A stretch of 24,000 nucleotides of DNA from Catenulispora sp. MAP5-51 (GTDB lineage: Bacteria > Actinomycetota > Actinomycetes > Streptomycetales > Catenulisporaceae), in the NCBI RefSeq assembly GCF_041261205.1, contig NZ_JBGCCH010000042.1:55360-79359 (forward strand), read 5' to 3'. Numbering within the stretch: position 1 is the first letter of the stretch; the number at the start of each line of letters is the position of its first letter. The position numbers and the translations under genes were made by a program. The notes under the pieces are model-generated. The model searched no databases. It saw only the letters and a program-made list of their open reading frames with translations, and was not told where the DNA came from. This document shows, piece after piece, positions 1-7,291 of this stretch.

Positions 1-2
1 TG

Positions 3-701
3 TACCTGCAGGACGTCCTGGAGTACAGCGCCCTGCAGACCGGCGTACGGCTGTTGCTGCTCTCCGGCGGCATGCTCGTGGCCAGCGCGGTGTCCGGCCG
101 GCTGAGCGTCAAGGTCCCCATCCGCGCCCTGATCGGGCCCGGCCTGGCGCTGATCGCCGTCGGACTGCTGCTCATGCGCGGGCTCAGCGCCACCTCGACC
201 TGGACGCACCTGATCCCCGGCCTGATCGTCGGCGGCATCGGCGTGGGCCTGGTGAACCCGCCGCTGGCCTCCACCGCGGTCGGCGTCGTCGAACCACGCC
301 GGGCCGGCATGGCCTCCGGGATCAACTCCACGTTCCGGCAGGTCGGCATCGCCACCGGCATCGCACTGCTGGGCACGCTGTTCGCCAACCGCCTCACCTC
401 GGCGGTGTCCTCGCTGTCCGCCCCGACCCCGCTGGCGGGCCGCAGCGCCGAGATCTCCACGGCTCTGCGCAACGGGGACGCCAAGAGCCTGTTCGCCACG
501 ACGCCGCCGCAGCAGCGCGGACAGCTCACCCTGATCGCCCGCGGCGCCTTCACCACCGGGCTGAACGAGATCCTGCTGGTCGGTGCCGTCGCGTGCTTCG
601 TCGCAGCGGTGCTGGCCGCGGTGCTCATCCGCACCAAGGACTTCCATACGGAGGAGGAGGTCCGCACGGAGGGGGACGTCCGCACAGAACGTGCGGGATG
701 A
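3..701 (+). CDS. MFS transporter (DHA2/EmrB-QacA-like), C-terminal part; 5' end lies outside the window
   Basis: The frame is open from base 3 (YLQDVLEYSALQTGVRLLLLSGG...) and continuous with track ORF 54..701. It has successive hydrophobic helices with Gly-rich segments (LIPGLIVGGIGVGLVNPPL), typical of the last TMs of drug:H+ antiporters. GC3 bias is strong and the stop is at 699-701. Confidence 0.75.
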   Translation, partial: YLQDVLEYSALQTGVRLLLLSGGMLVASAVSGRLSVKVPIRALIGPGLALIAVGLLLMRGLSATSTWTHLIPGLIVGGIGVGLVNPPLASTAVGVVEPRRAGMASGINSTFRQVGIATGIALLGTLFANRLTSAVSSLSAPTPLAGRSAEISTALRNGDAKSLFATTPPQQRGQLTLIARGAFTTGLNEILLVGAVACFVAAVLAAVLIRTKDFHTEEEVRTEGDVRTERAG

Positions 702-742
702 CCGCGGATGGCCGGTGGCGTGGCTGCCGATGAACGCTCAGC

Positions 743-1222
743 TCAGGGCCTGTCCTCCAGTTCCACGACGTGCATGGCGGCCTCCTCGGCCGAGGCCGCG
801 GCGCCGTCGATGCCCACGTCGCGGGCGACCATATCCGGTTCGGCCTCGACGGGCCGGTCCTCGTCCGGCGAGACCAGGCGCCCCGCGCGCTCGTCGCCGA
901 CCTGGTCGTCGAACGGCTCGCCGTCGGTGTCGCGGGTGTCGCCGATGCCGTCCCAGTCGCCGTCGGCCTCGGGCTCCGGTTCCTCCTCCTCCAGGCGGGC
1001 GTCGAGCGTCAGTTCGGTCCGCATCCCCAGCGGACGTTCCGGCGGGGAGTAGCCCGGATCGCCGGGATCGCCGCCGCCGACCTGTGAATCCTCCGCTTCG
1101 AGCTGGTCCAGTTCCTCGGCCGCGTCGTACGCCTCCGGGTCGACCGGGTCGACCGGGTCGACCGGGTCGAGCGGGTCGAGCGGGTCGAGCGGCTCGACGG
1201 GTTCTGCTGGTCCGGCGTTCAT
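743..1222 (-). CDS. Acidic DUF5709-like protein (159 aa)
   Basis: ATG at 1222-1220 is preceded by GGAGGT (reverse complement of acctcc at 1229-1234). The C-terminal block AGRLVSPDEDRPVEAEPDMVARDVGIDGAAASAEEAAMHVVE matches my recollection of the conserved DUF5709 signature in actinomycetes. The protein is very Asp/Glu-rich. Confidence 0.7.
   Translation of the reverse strand: MNAGPAEPVEPLDPLDPLDPVDPVDPVDPEAYDAAEELDQLEAEDSQVGGGDPGDPGYSPPERPLGMRTELTLDARLEEEEPEPEADGDWDGIGDTRDTDGEPFDDQVGDERAGRLVSPDEDRPVEAEPDMVARDVGIDGAAASAEEAAMHVVELEDRP
1136..1198 (-). repeat. Seven tandem 9-bp units (CGGGTCGAC x3, CGGGTCGAG x3, CGGCTCGAC x1), in frame within the DUF5709-like gene
   Basis: Read directly from the sequence. 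On the coding strand the units encode EPLDPLDPLDPVDPVDPVDPE near the N-terminus. Confidence 0.95.
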
Positions 1223-1256
1223 GGCGTACCTCCACGCTCTTTTAGGCTCTTCCAGC

Positions 1257-2522
1257 TCAACGCTGCCCGGGGATCGGCAGCCGCCGAGGCCCCTTCACCC
1301 CGACCGCGCTGCGGATCACCTCGGCGATCCGGTGTGCGACGACCGGCCACAGCAGCCCGGTGCCGGCCGCCGCGGCGGCGTGCTCGGCGCGCGCCAGGCG
1401 CCCGGGTTCGGTGAGCATGCGGCGCAGCGCCGCCGCGTACGCCCCGGCGTCGCCCGGCTCGGCCAGCAGCCCGGCCCCGCCGGAGAGCATGTCCTGGGCG
1501 TAGAAGAACGACGTCGACACCACCGGGCGGCCGGCGGCCAGCGCGTACGTCAGCGCGCCGGAGCTGACTCGGTCCCGCGAGCGGTACGGCGTCAGGAACA
1601 CGGTCGTGTGCGCCAGCAGTTCGGCCAGTTCGGCGTGGGTGAGGAAGAAGTCCAGGAACCGGACGCGGTCGGCGGCGCCCAGCTCGGCGACCAGCTTGCC
1701 GAGCTCGTCCCGGTAGCGCTCGCCGTGGCGCCGGACGATGTCCGGATGCGTGGCACCGGCTATGACGTAGCTCAGGTCGGGCAGGTCGCGGGCCAGGTCG
1801 GCGACCGCGGCGATGGCCGTCTCCAGCCCCTTGTCCGGGGACAGCAGGCCGAACGTGCTCACCACGGTGCGGTGCGCGAGCTCGTCCAGCATCGCGGCGA
1901 CCTCGGGCCGGACGGACGTCTGCGCGGGTCCGCGCGCCGGGTGGTGCAGCGCTTCGGGCGCGCCGTGCGCGATGGTCTCCCACCGGTCGGCCCGGATCCC
2001 GGCGGCCCCGGCCAGCCGCCGGGCGGTGGGGGACAGGACCGTGGCCGCGGCGGCGCCGCGGCACAGGCGCCGCAGCACGTCGGCCTGGCCGCGGGTCGGC
2101 GCGGCGGGCACGCTGTGCAGCGTGACCAGGTAGGGCACCCCGGCCGCCGACAACTCCGAGGCGAAGGAGGCGACCAGCGCCCCGTCGGTGCCTCCGTAGA
2201 TGCCGAACTCGTGCTGGATCAGCACCGCGTCGGTCCCGGCCGCCGCCAGGTCCGCGGCGGTCCGGCGATAGGCCGCCGGATCACGCTGGTCCAGCACCCA
2301 GGCGACTTCCTGGTCGTAGCGGAGCCCTTCGCGGTCCACCGCGCACACCGACACGTCCAGGTCCGGCGCGACATCGTCAAGGCTCTTGTACAGGTCCGCG
2401 GCGAACGCGCCGATGCCGCACTGCCGCGGCGGGTAGGTCGACAGCACCACGACGTCCAAGCGCTCCTGCTCGGTGCGGACCGGACGCAGCTCCACACCCG
2501 GAAAAGTCAAAGTGGTTGTCAT
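1257..2522 (-). CDS. Glycosyltransferase, GT4/GT-B family (421 aa)
   Basis: This lies in track ORF 1257..2645. I place the start at ATG 2522-2520 (MTTTLTFPG...) because GGAG lies about 8 nt upstream. The N-terminus VVVLSTYPPRQCGIGAFAADL and the later GLETAIAAV...YVIAGATHPD and FLTPY...SSGALTYALAAGRPVVST blocks are typical of GT4 enzymes. Confidence 0.8.
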   Translation of the reverse strand: MTTTLTFPGVELRPVRTEQERLDVVVLSTYPPRQCGIGAFAADLYKSLDDVAPDLDVSVCAVDREGLRYDQEVAWVLDQRDPAAYRRTAADLAAAGTDAVLIQHEFGIYGGTDGALVASFASELSAAGVPYLVTLHSVPAAPTRGQADVLRRLCRGAAAATVLSPTARRLAGAAGIRADRWETIAHGAPEALHHPARGPAQTSVRPEVAAMLDELAHRTVVSTFGLLSPDKGLETAIAAVADLARDLPDLSYVIAGATHPDIVRRHGERYRDELGKLVAELGAADRVRFLDFFLTHAELAELLAHTTVFLTPYRSRDRVSSGALTYALAAGRPVVSTSFFYAQDMLSGGAGLLAEPGDAGAYAAALRRMLTEPGRLARAEHAAAAAGTGLLWPVVAHRIAEVIRSAVGVKGPRRLPIPGQR

Positions 2523-2702
2523 CTCTTTGTCTCCTGCTCCGAGGGGTACGCCTCTTATGGCCCGTTTAAACGCTCCGATGCGTCCGAGGTCGGCGATTCC
2601 GATACCCGCGTGGCAATCGGGCACCGGTCGCACCACGGACACCACGGGTGTCGTTTACCGGCACCTGCCCGGGGCACACGCACGGCCTAAGGAGAACGGC
2701 TC
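2523..2702. promoter_or_regulatory. Divergent intergenic region between the glycosyltransferase and PRC-barrel genes, with presumed promoters and a strong RBS for the + gene
   Basis: The 180-bp non-coding gap has locally lower GC (gtttaaac at 2564-2571). AAGGAG at 2689-2694 lies 8 nt before ATG 2703. A small hairpin GACACC-acg-GGTGTC sits at 2638-2652. No promoter hexamers were confidently identified. Confidence 0.3.
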
Positions 2703-3398
2703 ATGCGCGACGAGAACTTCGAGATCGGCGACGAGGTCTTCTGCGAAGCCAAGGCCTGCGGCCGGCTGAGCGCGGTGACGGTCATGCCCGCCAACGCCAG
2801 GCTCGCGCATCTGATCGTGGACCCGTACCCGGACGGGGAGCCCCGGCTCATCCCGGCGCGCCAGGCCCACGCCACCGCCGCCGGCCTGGCGCTGGACTGC
2901 TCCAAGGACCAGTTCGACAGCGCCGGGACGGCCATCGTCACGCATGTCGATCCGGCCGAGGCCGCCGATTACGTCGAGGACGAACTGCACCACCGCCGGT
3001 ACCGTCGGCACCACCAGCACGGCGAGCCCTCCACCTGGCCCGAGGACGGCCCTGGGCCCGGCGTGCCCACGCCGAGCGTCGGCGCCCCGGCGCCGTTCCC
3101 GGGGCCGACCCCGCAGGTGGAGATCGAGGTCCGGGTGCCGCCGGGCGAAGTGCGGGTCCACGAGGACACCGCCGTGCACGTCTCCGACGGCGAACTCGGC
3201 CTGGTGGCCGGGGTGATGGTGCGCCCGCGCGACAAGCGCCTGGCCTACATCCTGGTCGACGCCGGCCACCTGTGGTGGCGCCGCCGGGTCGCCATCCCGA
3301 TGGCGCTGGTGCGGGGCGTGGACGATTCCGGGATCACGGTGCGGCTGTCGAAACGGCAGATCAGGGATCTGCGGCCGGTCGGCCACCGGCGCGGCTGA
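2703..3398 (+). CDS. Tandem PRC-barrel-like domain protein with His/Arg-rich linker (231 aa)
   Basis: The RBS is strong. Both halves follow the PRC-barrel pattern: a short beta-rich segment, then x-h-h-V-D, then R-h-I/V-P, then a closing 'S/K..Q' segment. The first half reads IGDEVF...LAHLIVDP...PRLIPARQ...LDCSKDQF. The second reads VHVSDGELGLVAGVMV...LAYILVDAG...RRVAIPMALV...ITVRLSKRQI. Confidence 0.5.
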   Translation: MRDENFEIGDEVFCEAKACGRLSAVTVMPANARLAHLIVDPYPDGEPRLIPARQAHATAAGLALDCSKDQFDSAGTAIVTHVDPAEAADYVEDELHHRRYRRHHQHGEPSTWPEDGPGPGVPTPSVGAPAPFPGPTPQVEIEVRVPPGEVRVHEDTAVHVSDGELGLVAGVMVRPRDKRLAYILVDAGHLWWRRRVAIPMALVRGVDDSGITVRLSKRQIRDLRPVGHRRG

Positions 3399-3450
3399 GG
3401 CCGGGCGTGGCTTGCTCGCGGGGATCGCGGGGATTGTTACGTTTTGATCC

Positions 3451-4863
3451 ATGACGAGCGAATCACCGGACCCCGCCGTGCTCGAAGCAACTGCCGTACT
3501 CGAAGCCCCTACCGTTTTCGAAGCCCCCGCCGTATTCGAAGCCCTCCACCGCCGCGTGGCCCCGATCGAGCGCCTGACCGAGGACGCCGACGCCCTCGCC
3601 GAGGCCTGCCTCGCCGTGGCGCGCGCCTTCCGCGCCGGCGGGCGGCTGTTGGTGTTCGGCACCGGCACCGCCGCCACCGACGCGCAGCACGTCTCGGTCG
3701 AGTTCATGCACCCGGTGATCGTGGGCAAGCGGGCGCTGCCGGCGTTCTCGCTGGCCGCCGACTCGGCGACGATGAGCGGGCTGGCCCAGACGCTCGGCCC
3801 GGACGCGGTGTTCGCCCATCAGCTCAGGGTGCTGGGACGCGCCGGGGACATCGCCCTCGGTGTCTGCGGGGACGGCGACAGCCCCGCCGTCGTGCAAGGC
3901 CTGGCCGCCGCCCGCGCCGCCGGCATGACCACCGTCGCGCTCATCGGCGGCGACGGCGGTCGCATCGCCGAGGACGGGCTCGCCGACCACCGCTTCGTGG
4001 TCCGCTCCGACGATCACCGTGTGGTCAAGGAAGGCCACGTCACGCTCTACCACCTGCTGTGGGAGCTGACGCACGTCTACTTGGAGCAGCCACACGCCCT
4101 GGACTCGGCCGCTACTTCGGAAACCAGCCCTGAAGCCGCGGACGGCATCGGCACGCTCTACCCGTTCCTGTATTCGGGCACATCATCGCTGGAAGCGTTG
4201 ACCGTCGAAGTGGCGGCCTCGGCCCGGGCGAAGATCGCCGAGATCGTGGCCCTGCGCCGCTCTGTCGGACAGGCCGAAGCCGCCTCGCTCGCCGCGTGCG
4301 CCTCCGCCATGGCTGCGGGCTTCGGCAAGGGTGCGACGCTGCTCGCGTTCGGGAACGGCGGCAGCAGCTCCGACGCGCAGGACATCGTCCACACCTTCCT
4401 CGACCCGGGCCCCGAACCGCGCCCCGACCTGAGCCCCGGCCCCGGTGCAGGTGCAGGTGCCCTCCCCGCCCTGTGCCTGACCAACGACACCGCCGTGGTC
4501 ACCGCCCTGTCCAACGACGTCAGCTTCGACGTCGTCTTCGCCCGGCAGCTGCAAGCCGTCGGACGCCCCGGGGACCTGGCGGTCGCGGTGTCCACCAGCG
4601 GCGGCTCGGCCAACGTCCTGGCCGCGCTGGCCGCCGCCCGCAAGGCCGGGATGACCACCGTCGGCTTCGCCGGCTACGGCGGCGGCAAGATGGCCGAGCT
4701 GGGCCTGGTGGACCACCTGTTCGCCGTCCCGTCCTCCTCCGTGCACCGCATCCAGGAGGTGCAAACGACGCTGTATCACGTGCTGTGGGAACAAGTTCAG
4801 CGCGAACTGCGCCTCACGAGCGCCGGTCCCGCGCCCCGCACACCGCGGCCTGACCGAGACTGA
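3451..4863 (+). CDS. Tandem SIS-domain protein (two GmhA/phosphoheptose-isomerase-like modules fused, 470 aa)
   Basis: Module 1 reads AFRAGGRLLVFGTGTAATDAQHVSVEFMHP...GDIALGVCGDG...GMTTVALIGGDGG...VVKEGHVTLYHLLWE. Module 2 reads GFGKGATLLAFGNGGSSSDAQDIVHTF...GDLAVAVSTSGGSANVL...AGMTTVGFAGYGGG...RIQEVQTTLYHVLWE. Both follow the GmhA order: GNGGS..DAQH, then S.SG.S.N, then a G-rich helper loop. Confidence 0.8.
   Translation: MTSESPDPAVLEATAVLEAPTVFEAPAVFEALHRRVAPIERLTEDADALAEACLAVARAFRAGGRLLVFGTGTAATDAQHVSVEFMHPVIVGKRALPAFSLAADSATMSGLAQTLGPDAVFAHQLRVLGRAGDIALGVCGDGDSPAVVQGLAAARAAGMTTVALIGGDGGRIAEDGLADHRFVVRSDDHRVVKEGHVTLYHLLWELTHVYLEQPHALDSAATSETSPEAADGIGTLYPFLYSGTSSLEALTVEVAASARAKIAEIVALRRSVGQAEAASLAACASAMAAGFGKGATLLAFGNGGSSSDAQDIVHTFLDPGPEPRPDLSPGPGAGAGALPALCLTNDTAVVTALSNDVSFDVVFARQLQAVGRPGDLAVAVSTSGGSANVLAALAAARKAGMTTVGFAGYGGGKMAELGLVDHLFAVPSSSVHRIQEVQTTLYHVLWEQVQRELRLTSAGPAPRTPRPDRD
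3475..3546 (+). repeat. Four in-frame tandem 18-bp units encoding AVLEAT/AVLEAP/TVFEAP/AVFEAL at the N-terminus of the SIS protein
   Basis: Read directly: gccgtgctcgaagcaact, gccgtactcgaagcccct, accgttttcgaagccccc, gccgtattcgaagccctc. Confidence 0.95.
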
Positions 4864-7144
4864 TCCCGCCGTCGTTCGGCGGAACCCGGCGGTGGGTCAG
4901 CACCCGGAAACCCGCCGCCTCCAGCCCGGCGACGCACCGCTCGACCAGTATCGCGTTCTGGAAGACGCCGCCGGACAACGCCACTGTGTCCAAGGCGGTG
5001 TCCAAGCCGGTCCCGCGCCGGATGAGTTCGCAGACCTCGGTCACGGTCGCGGCCAGCCCGTTGTGGAACCGCGCCGAGACCACCGGGATCGCGATCCCGG
5101 CGTGCACGTCCGCCGCGACCGCGTCCACCAGATCCGCGCCGTGGACCACCAGCGGAGTCCCGGTTGCCCCGGCCTCTACCCGCGCGACGTAGCACCCCCG
5201 CTCGGAACGGTCGGCCAGCTGCTCGAACTCGATCGCCGCCTGCCCCTCGTAGGAGACCGTGTCGCGAACGCCCGCCAACGCCGCCGCCGCGTCGAACAGC
5301 CGTCCGGCGCTGGAGGTGCGCGGTGCGTTCAGACCGGCGCGCGCCGCCGCCGCGACCTGCTCCAGCCGCTCGCCGTGCCGCGCCATCAGATCCCGCACCG
5401 GCGCGATGTCGGGCCAGTCGGTGCCGTAGGCGGCGTCCAGATACGCCGCACCCATCCGCCAGGGTTCACGGACCGCGCGTGCGCCTCCTGGCATCGGAAC
5501 CGTGGCCAGGTGTCCGGCGCGGGTGAAACCGGCCAGGTCGGCGACGAGGAATTCGCCGCCCCACAGCGTGCCGTCCTCTCCCATGCCGAGGCCGTCGAAC
5601 GCGACCCCGATCACGGTCTCGTCGGCGCCGGCGTCGTTGTCGGCCAGGCAGGAGGCGATGTGCGCGTGGTGGTGCTGGACCGCGACCAGTTCGACGTCGG
5701 GATAGTCGAGCGCGTATTTGGTCGACAGGTACTCCGGATGCAGATCGTGGACGACCACCTGCGGCGTGACGGAGAACAGGCGGCTGAAGTGCTCGATGCC
5801 CTCGGTGAAGGACTGCAGCGTCTCGTGGTTCTCCAGATCGCCGATGTGGTGGGAGACGAAGGCATGCCGGTCGCGCGCCAGGCAGAACGTGTTCTTCAGT
5901 TCGGGTCCGCAGGCCAGGACGTGGCGCGGGAACTCCCACGGCAGTGTCAGCGGCGCCGGGGCGAACCCGCGCGAGCGCCGGATCGGCAGCGGCCCGCCGC
6001 GGCCGGCCTGCAGCACCGAGTCGTCGACCCGGGTGTGGATCGCCCGGTCGTGGGTCAAGAACGCGTCCGCGACCCCGGACAGGCGTTTGAACGCGTCGTC
6101 GTCGCGGTGCGCGATCGGCTCGTCCGACAGGTTGCCGCTGGTCATCACCAGCGGCGCGGGATGCGCCGAGACCAGCAGATGGTGCAGCGGCGTATAGGGC
6201 AGCATGATGCCCAGGTTCCGCTGGCGCGGGGCCACCGACGGCGCGACCGCGCCCGCCGTGCCCGCCGCGTCCTCGGCGTCCGGACGCCGCTCCAGCACCA
6301 CGATCGGCCGCGCGGGGTCGAGCAGCAGCCCCTCTTCGACGGCGTCCACCTCGCACAACCGCCGGGCGGCGTCGAGATCGGCGACCATGAGCGCCAGCGG
6401 CCGTTCCTCGCGGTGCTTGCGATGTCGCAGGGTCCTGACAGCGTCCTCGTTCGCCGCCGCGACGGCGAGGTGATAGCCGCCCAGACCCTTGATCGCCACG
6501 ATGGAGCCGTCGGCGAGCAGGCCGGCGGCGCGCGCAATGGGGTCGCCATCGCCCGGGATCGCCGAGCCGTCGGCGGCCCGCAGCTCCAAGCGCGGCCCGC
6601 AGTCCGGGCAGCACACCGGCTGCGCGTGGAAGCGCCGATCCGCCGGATCGGCGTACTCGCGGTCGCAGCGCTCGCACAAGGCGAACGCCGCCATGGTCGT
6701 TCCCGGCCGGTCGTAGGGGAGTTCGCGCACGATGGTGAAGCGCGGCCCGCAGTTGGTGCAGTTGGTGAACGCGTAAGCGTGGCGCCGGTCGGCGGGGTCG
6801 GCCATCTCCGCCAGGCAGTCCGCGCAGGTGCCGGTGTCCGGCGCGACCAGGACGGTGCGCGGTCCGCCGGTGCCGCTGGCCGAGATCGAGAAATCCCTCT
6901 GGCCGAGCGCGGAGATCGGCTCGACCTCGACCTGCTCGACCCGGGCCAGCGGCGGTGCCTGGCCGGTCAGCGCGTCCACCAAACGGTCCAGCGCCGCGGG
7001 CTCGCCCTCGGCCTCGATCAGGACCCCGAGGCCGTCGTTGCCGACGAACCCGCCGAGCCGCAGGCGACACGCCAGGCCGTACACGAACGGCCGATAGCCC
7101 ACGCCCTGCACGACTCCCTGGACACGAACCCGAATGCGCGTCAT
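4814..7144 (-). CDS. hypF: [NiFe]-hydrogenase maturation carbamoyltransferase HypF (776 aa)
   Basis: The start is ATG 7144-7142 (MTRIRVRVQGVVQGVGYRPFVY, acylphosphatase domain), with GGGAGGG 4 nt upstream. Two zinc-finger pairs are present (CADC...CTNCGPRF and CERC...CPDCGP). YrdC-like and Kae1-like blocks follow, and the C-terminus ends PPNDGGISLGQAAV. The rest of the 1200-aa track ORF is an antisense artefact. Confidence 0.95.
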   Translation of the reverse strand: MTRIRVRVQGVVQGVGYRPFVYGLACRLRLGGFVGNDGLGVLIEAEGEPAALDRLVDALTGQAPPLARVEQVEVEPISALGQRDFSISASGTGGPRTVLVAPDTGTCADCLAEMADPADRRHAYAFTNCTNCGPRFTIVRELPYDRPGTTMAAFALCERCDREYADPADRRFHAQPVCCPDCGPRLELRAADGSAIPGDGDPIARAAGLLADGSIVAIKGLGGYHLAVAAANEDAVRTLRHRKHREERPLALMVADLDAARRLCEVDAVEEGLLLDPARPIVVLERRPDAEDAAGTAGAVAPSVAPRQRNLGIMLPYTPLHHLLVSAHPAPLVMTSGNLSDEPIAHRDDDAFKRLSGVADAFLTHDRAIHTRVDDSVLQAGRGGPLPIRRSRGFAPAPLTLPWEFPRHVLACGPELKNTFCLARDRHAFVSHHIGDLENHETLQSFTEGIEHFSRLFSVTPQVVVHDLHPEYLSTKYALDYPDVELVAVQHHHAHIASCLADNDAGADETVIGVAFDGLGMGEDGTLWGGEFLVADLAGFTRAGHLATVPMPGGARAVREPWRMGAAYLDAAYGTDWPDIAPVRDLMARHGERLEQVAAAARAGLNAPRTSSAGRLFDAAAALAGVRDTVSYEGQAAIEFEQLADRSERGCYVARVEAGATGTPLVVHGADLVDAVAADVHAGIAIPVVSARFHNGLAATVTEVCELIRRGTGLDTALDTVALSGGVFQNAILVERCVAGLEAAGFRVLTHRRVPPNDGGISLGQAAVCGARDRRS

Positions 7145-7291
7145 TTGCCCTCCCGGGTCCCGCCTGTCGCAATCCTCATGGACTACAAATACCGGCGAAT
7201 CCGGTGATAGCTGCGTAAGTTGGACCGCGCGTCGGCCTGTGCCGCTCGCAAGAGCGAGCGCGCGGGCCGTTCCGACGAACGGGAGGCGATC
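7145..7291. promoter_or_regulatory. Divergent hypF / hhyS control region
   Basis: The 147-bp gap has a locally AT-richer core (ggactacaaataccggcgaatccggtgatagctgcgtaagttgg). It contains palindrome ACCGG-cgaat-CCGGT at 7191-7205 and a 7-bp stem hairpin CGCTCGC-aaga-GCGAGCG at 7243-7260. The hhyS RBS GGGAGG is at 7281-7286. Promoter hexamers are not assigned. Confidence 0.45.

Noticed and set aside
1136-1198. Short regular repeats considered as a possible CRISPR-like array. The same question was asked of 3475-3546, 8364-8384 and 13521-13580
   Set aside because: The units are 7-18 bp and directly abutting with no spacers. Three of the four are in frame inside coding sequence. No cas genes are present. 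These are simple tandem repeats.
583-1245. Plus-strand 220-aa Arg/Pro-rich ORF, with overlapping ORFs 708..1052, 738..1235 and 770..1087
   Set aside because: The extreme Arg/Pro composition is typical of off-frame reading of GC-rich DNA. The minus-strand frame 743..1222 carries a recognisable conserved C-terminal block and an RBS.
1221-2690. 489-aa plus-strand ORF, with 1219..2064 on the minus strand
   Set aside because: These are antisense to or out of frame with the glycosyltransferase, whose frame shows clear GT4 motifs. They have no motifs of their own.
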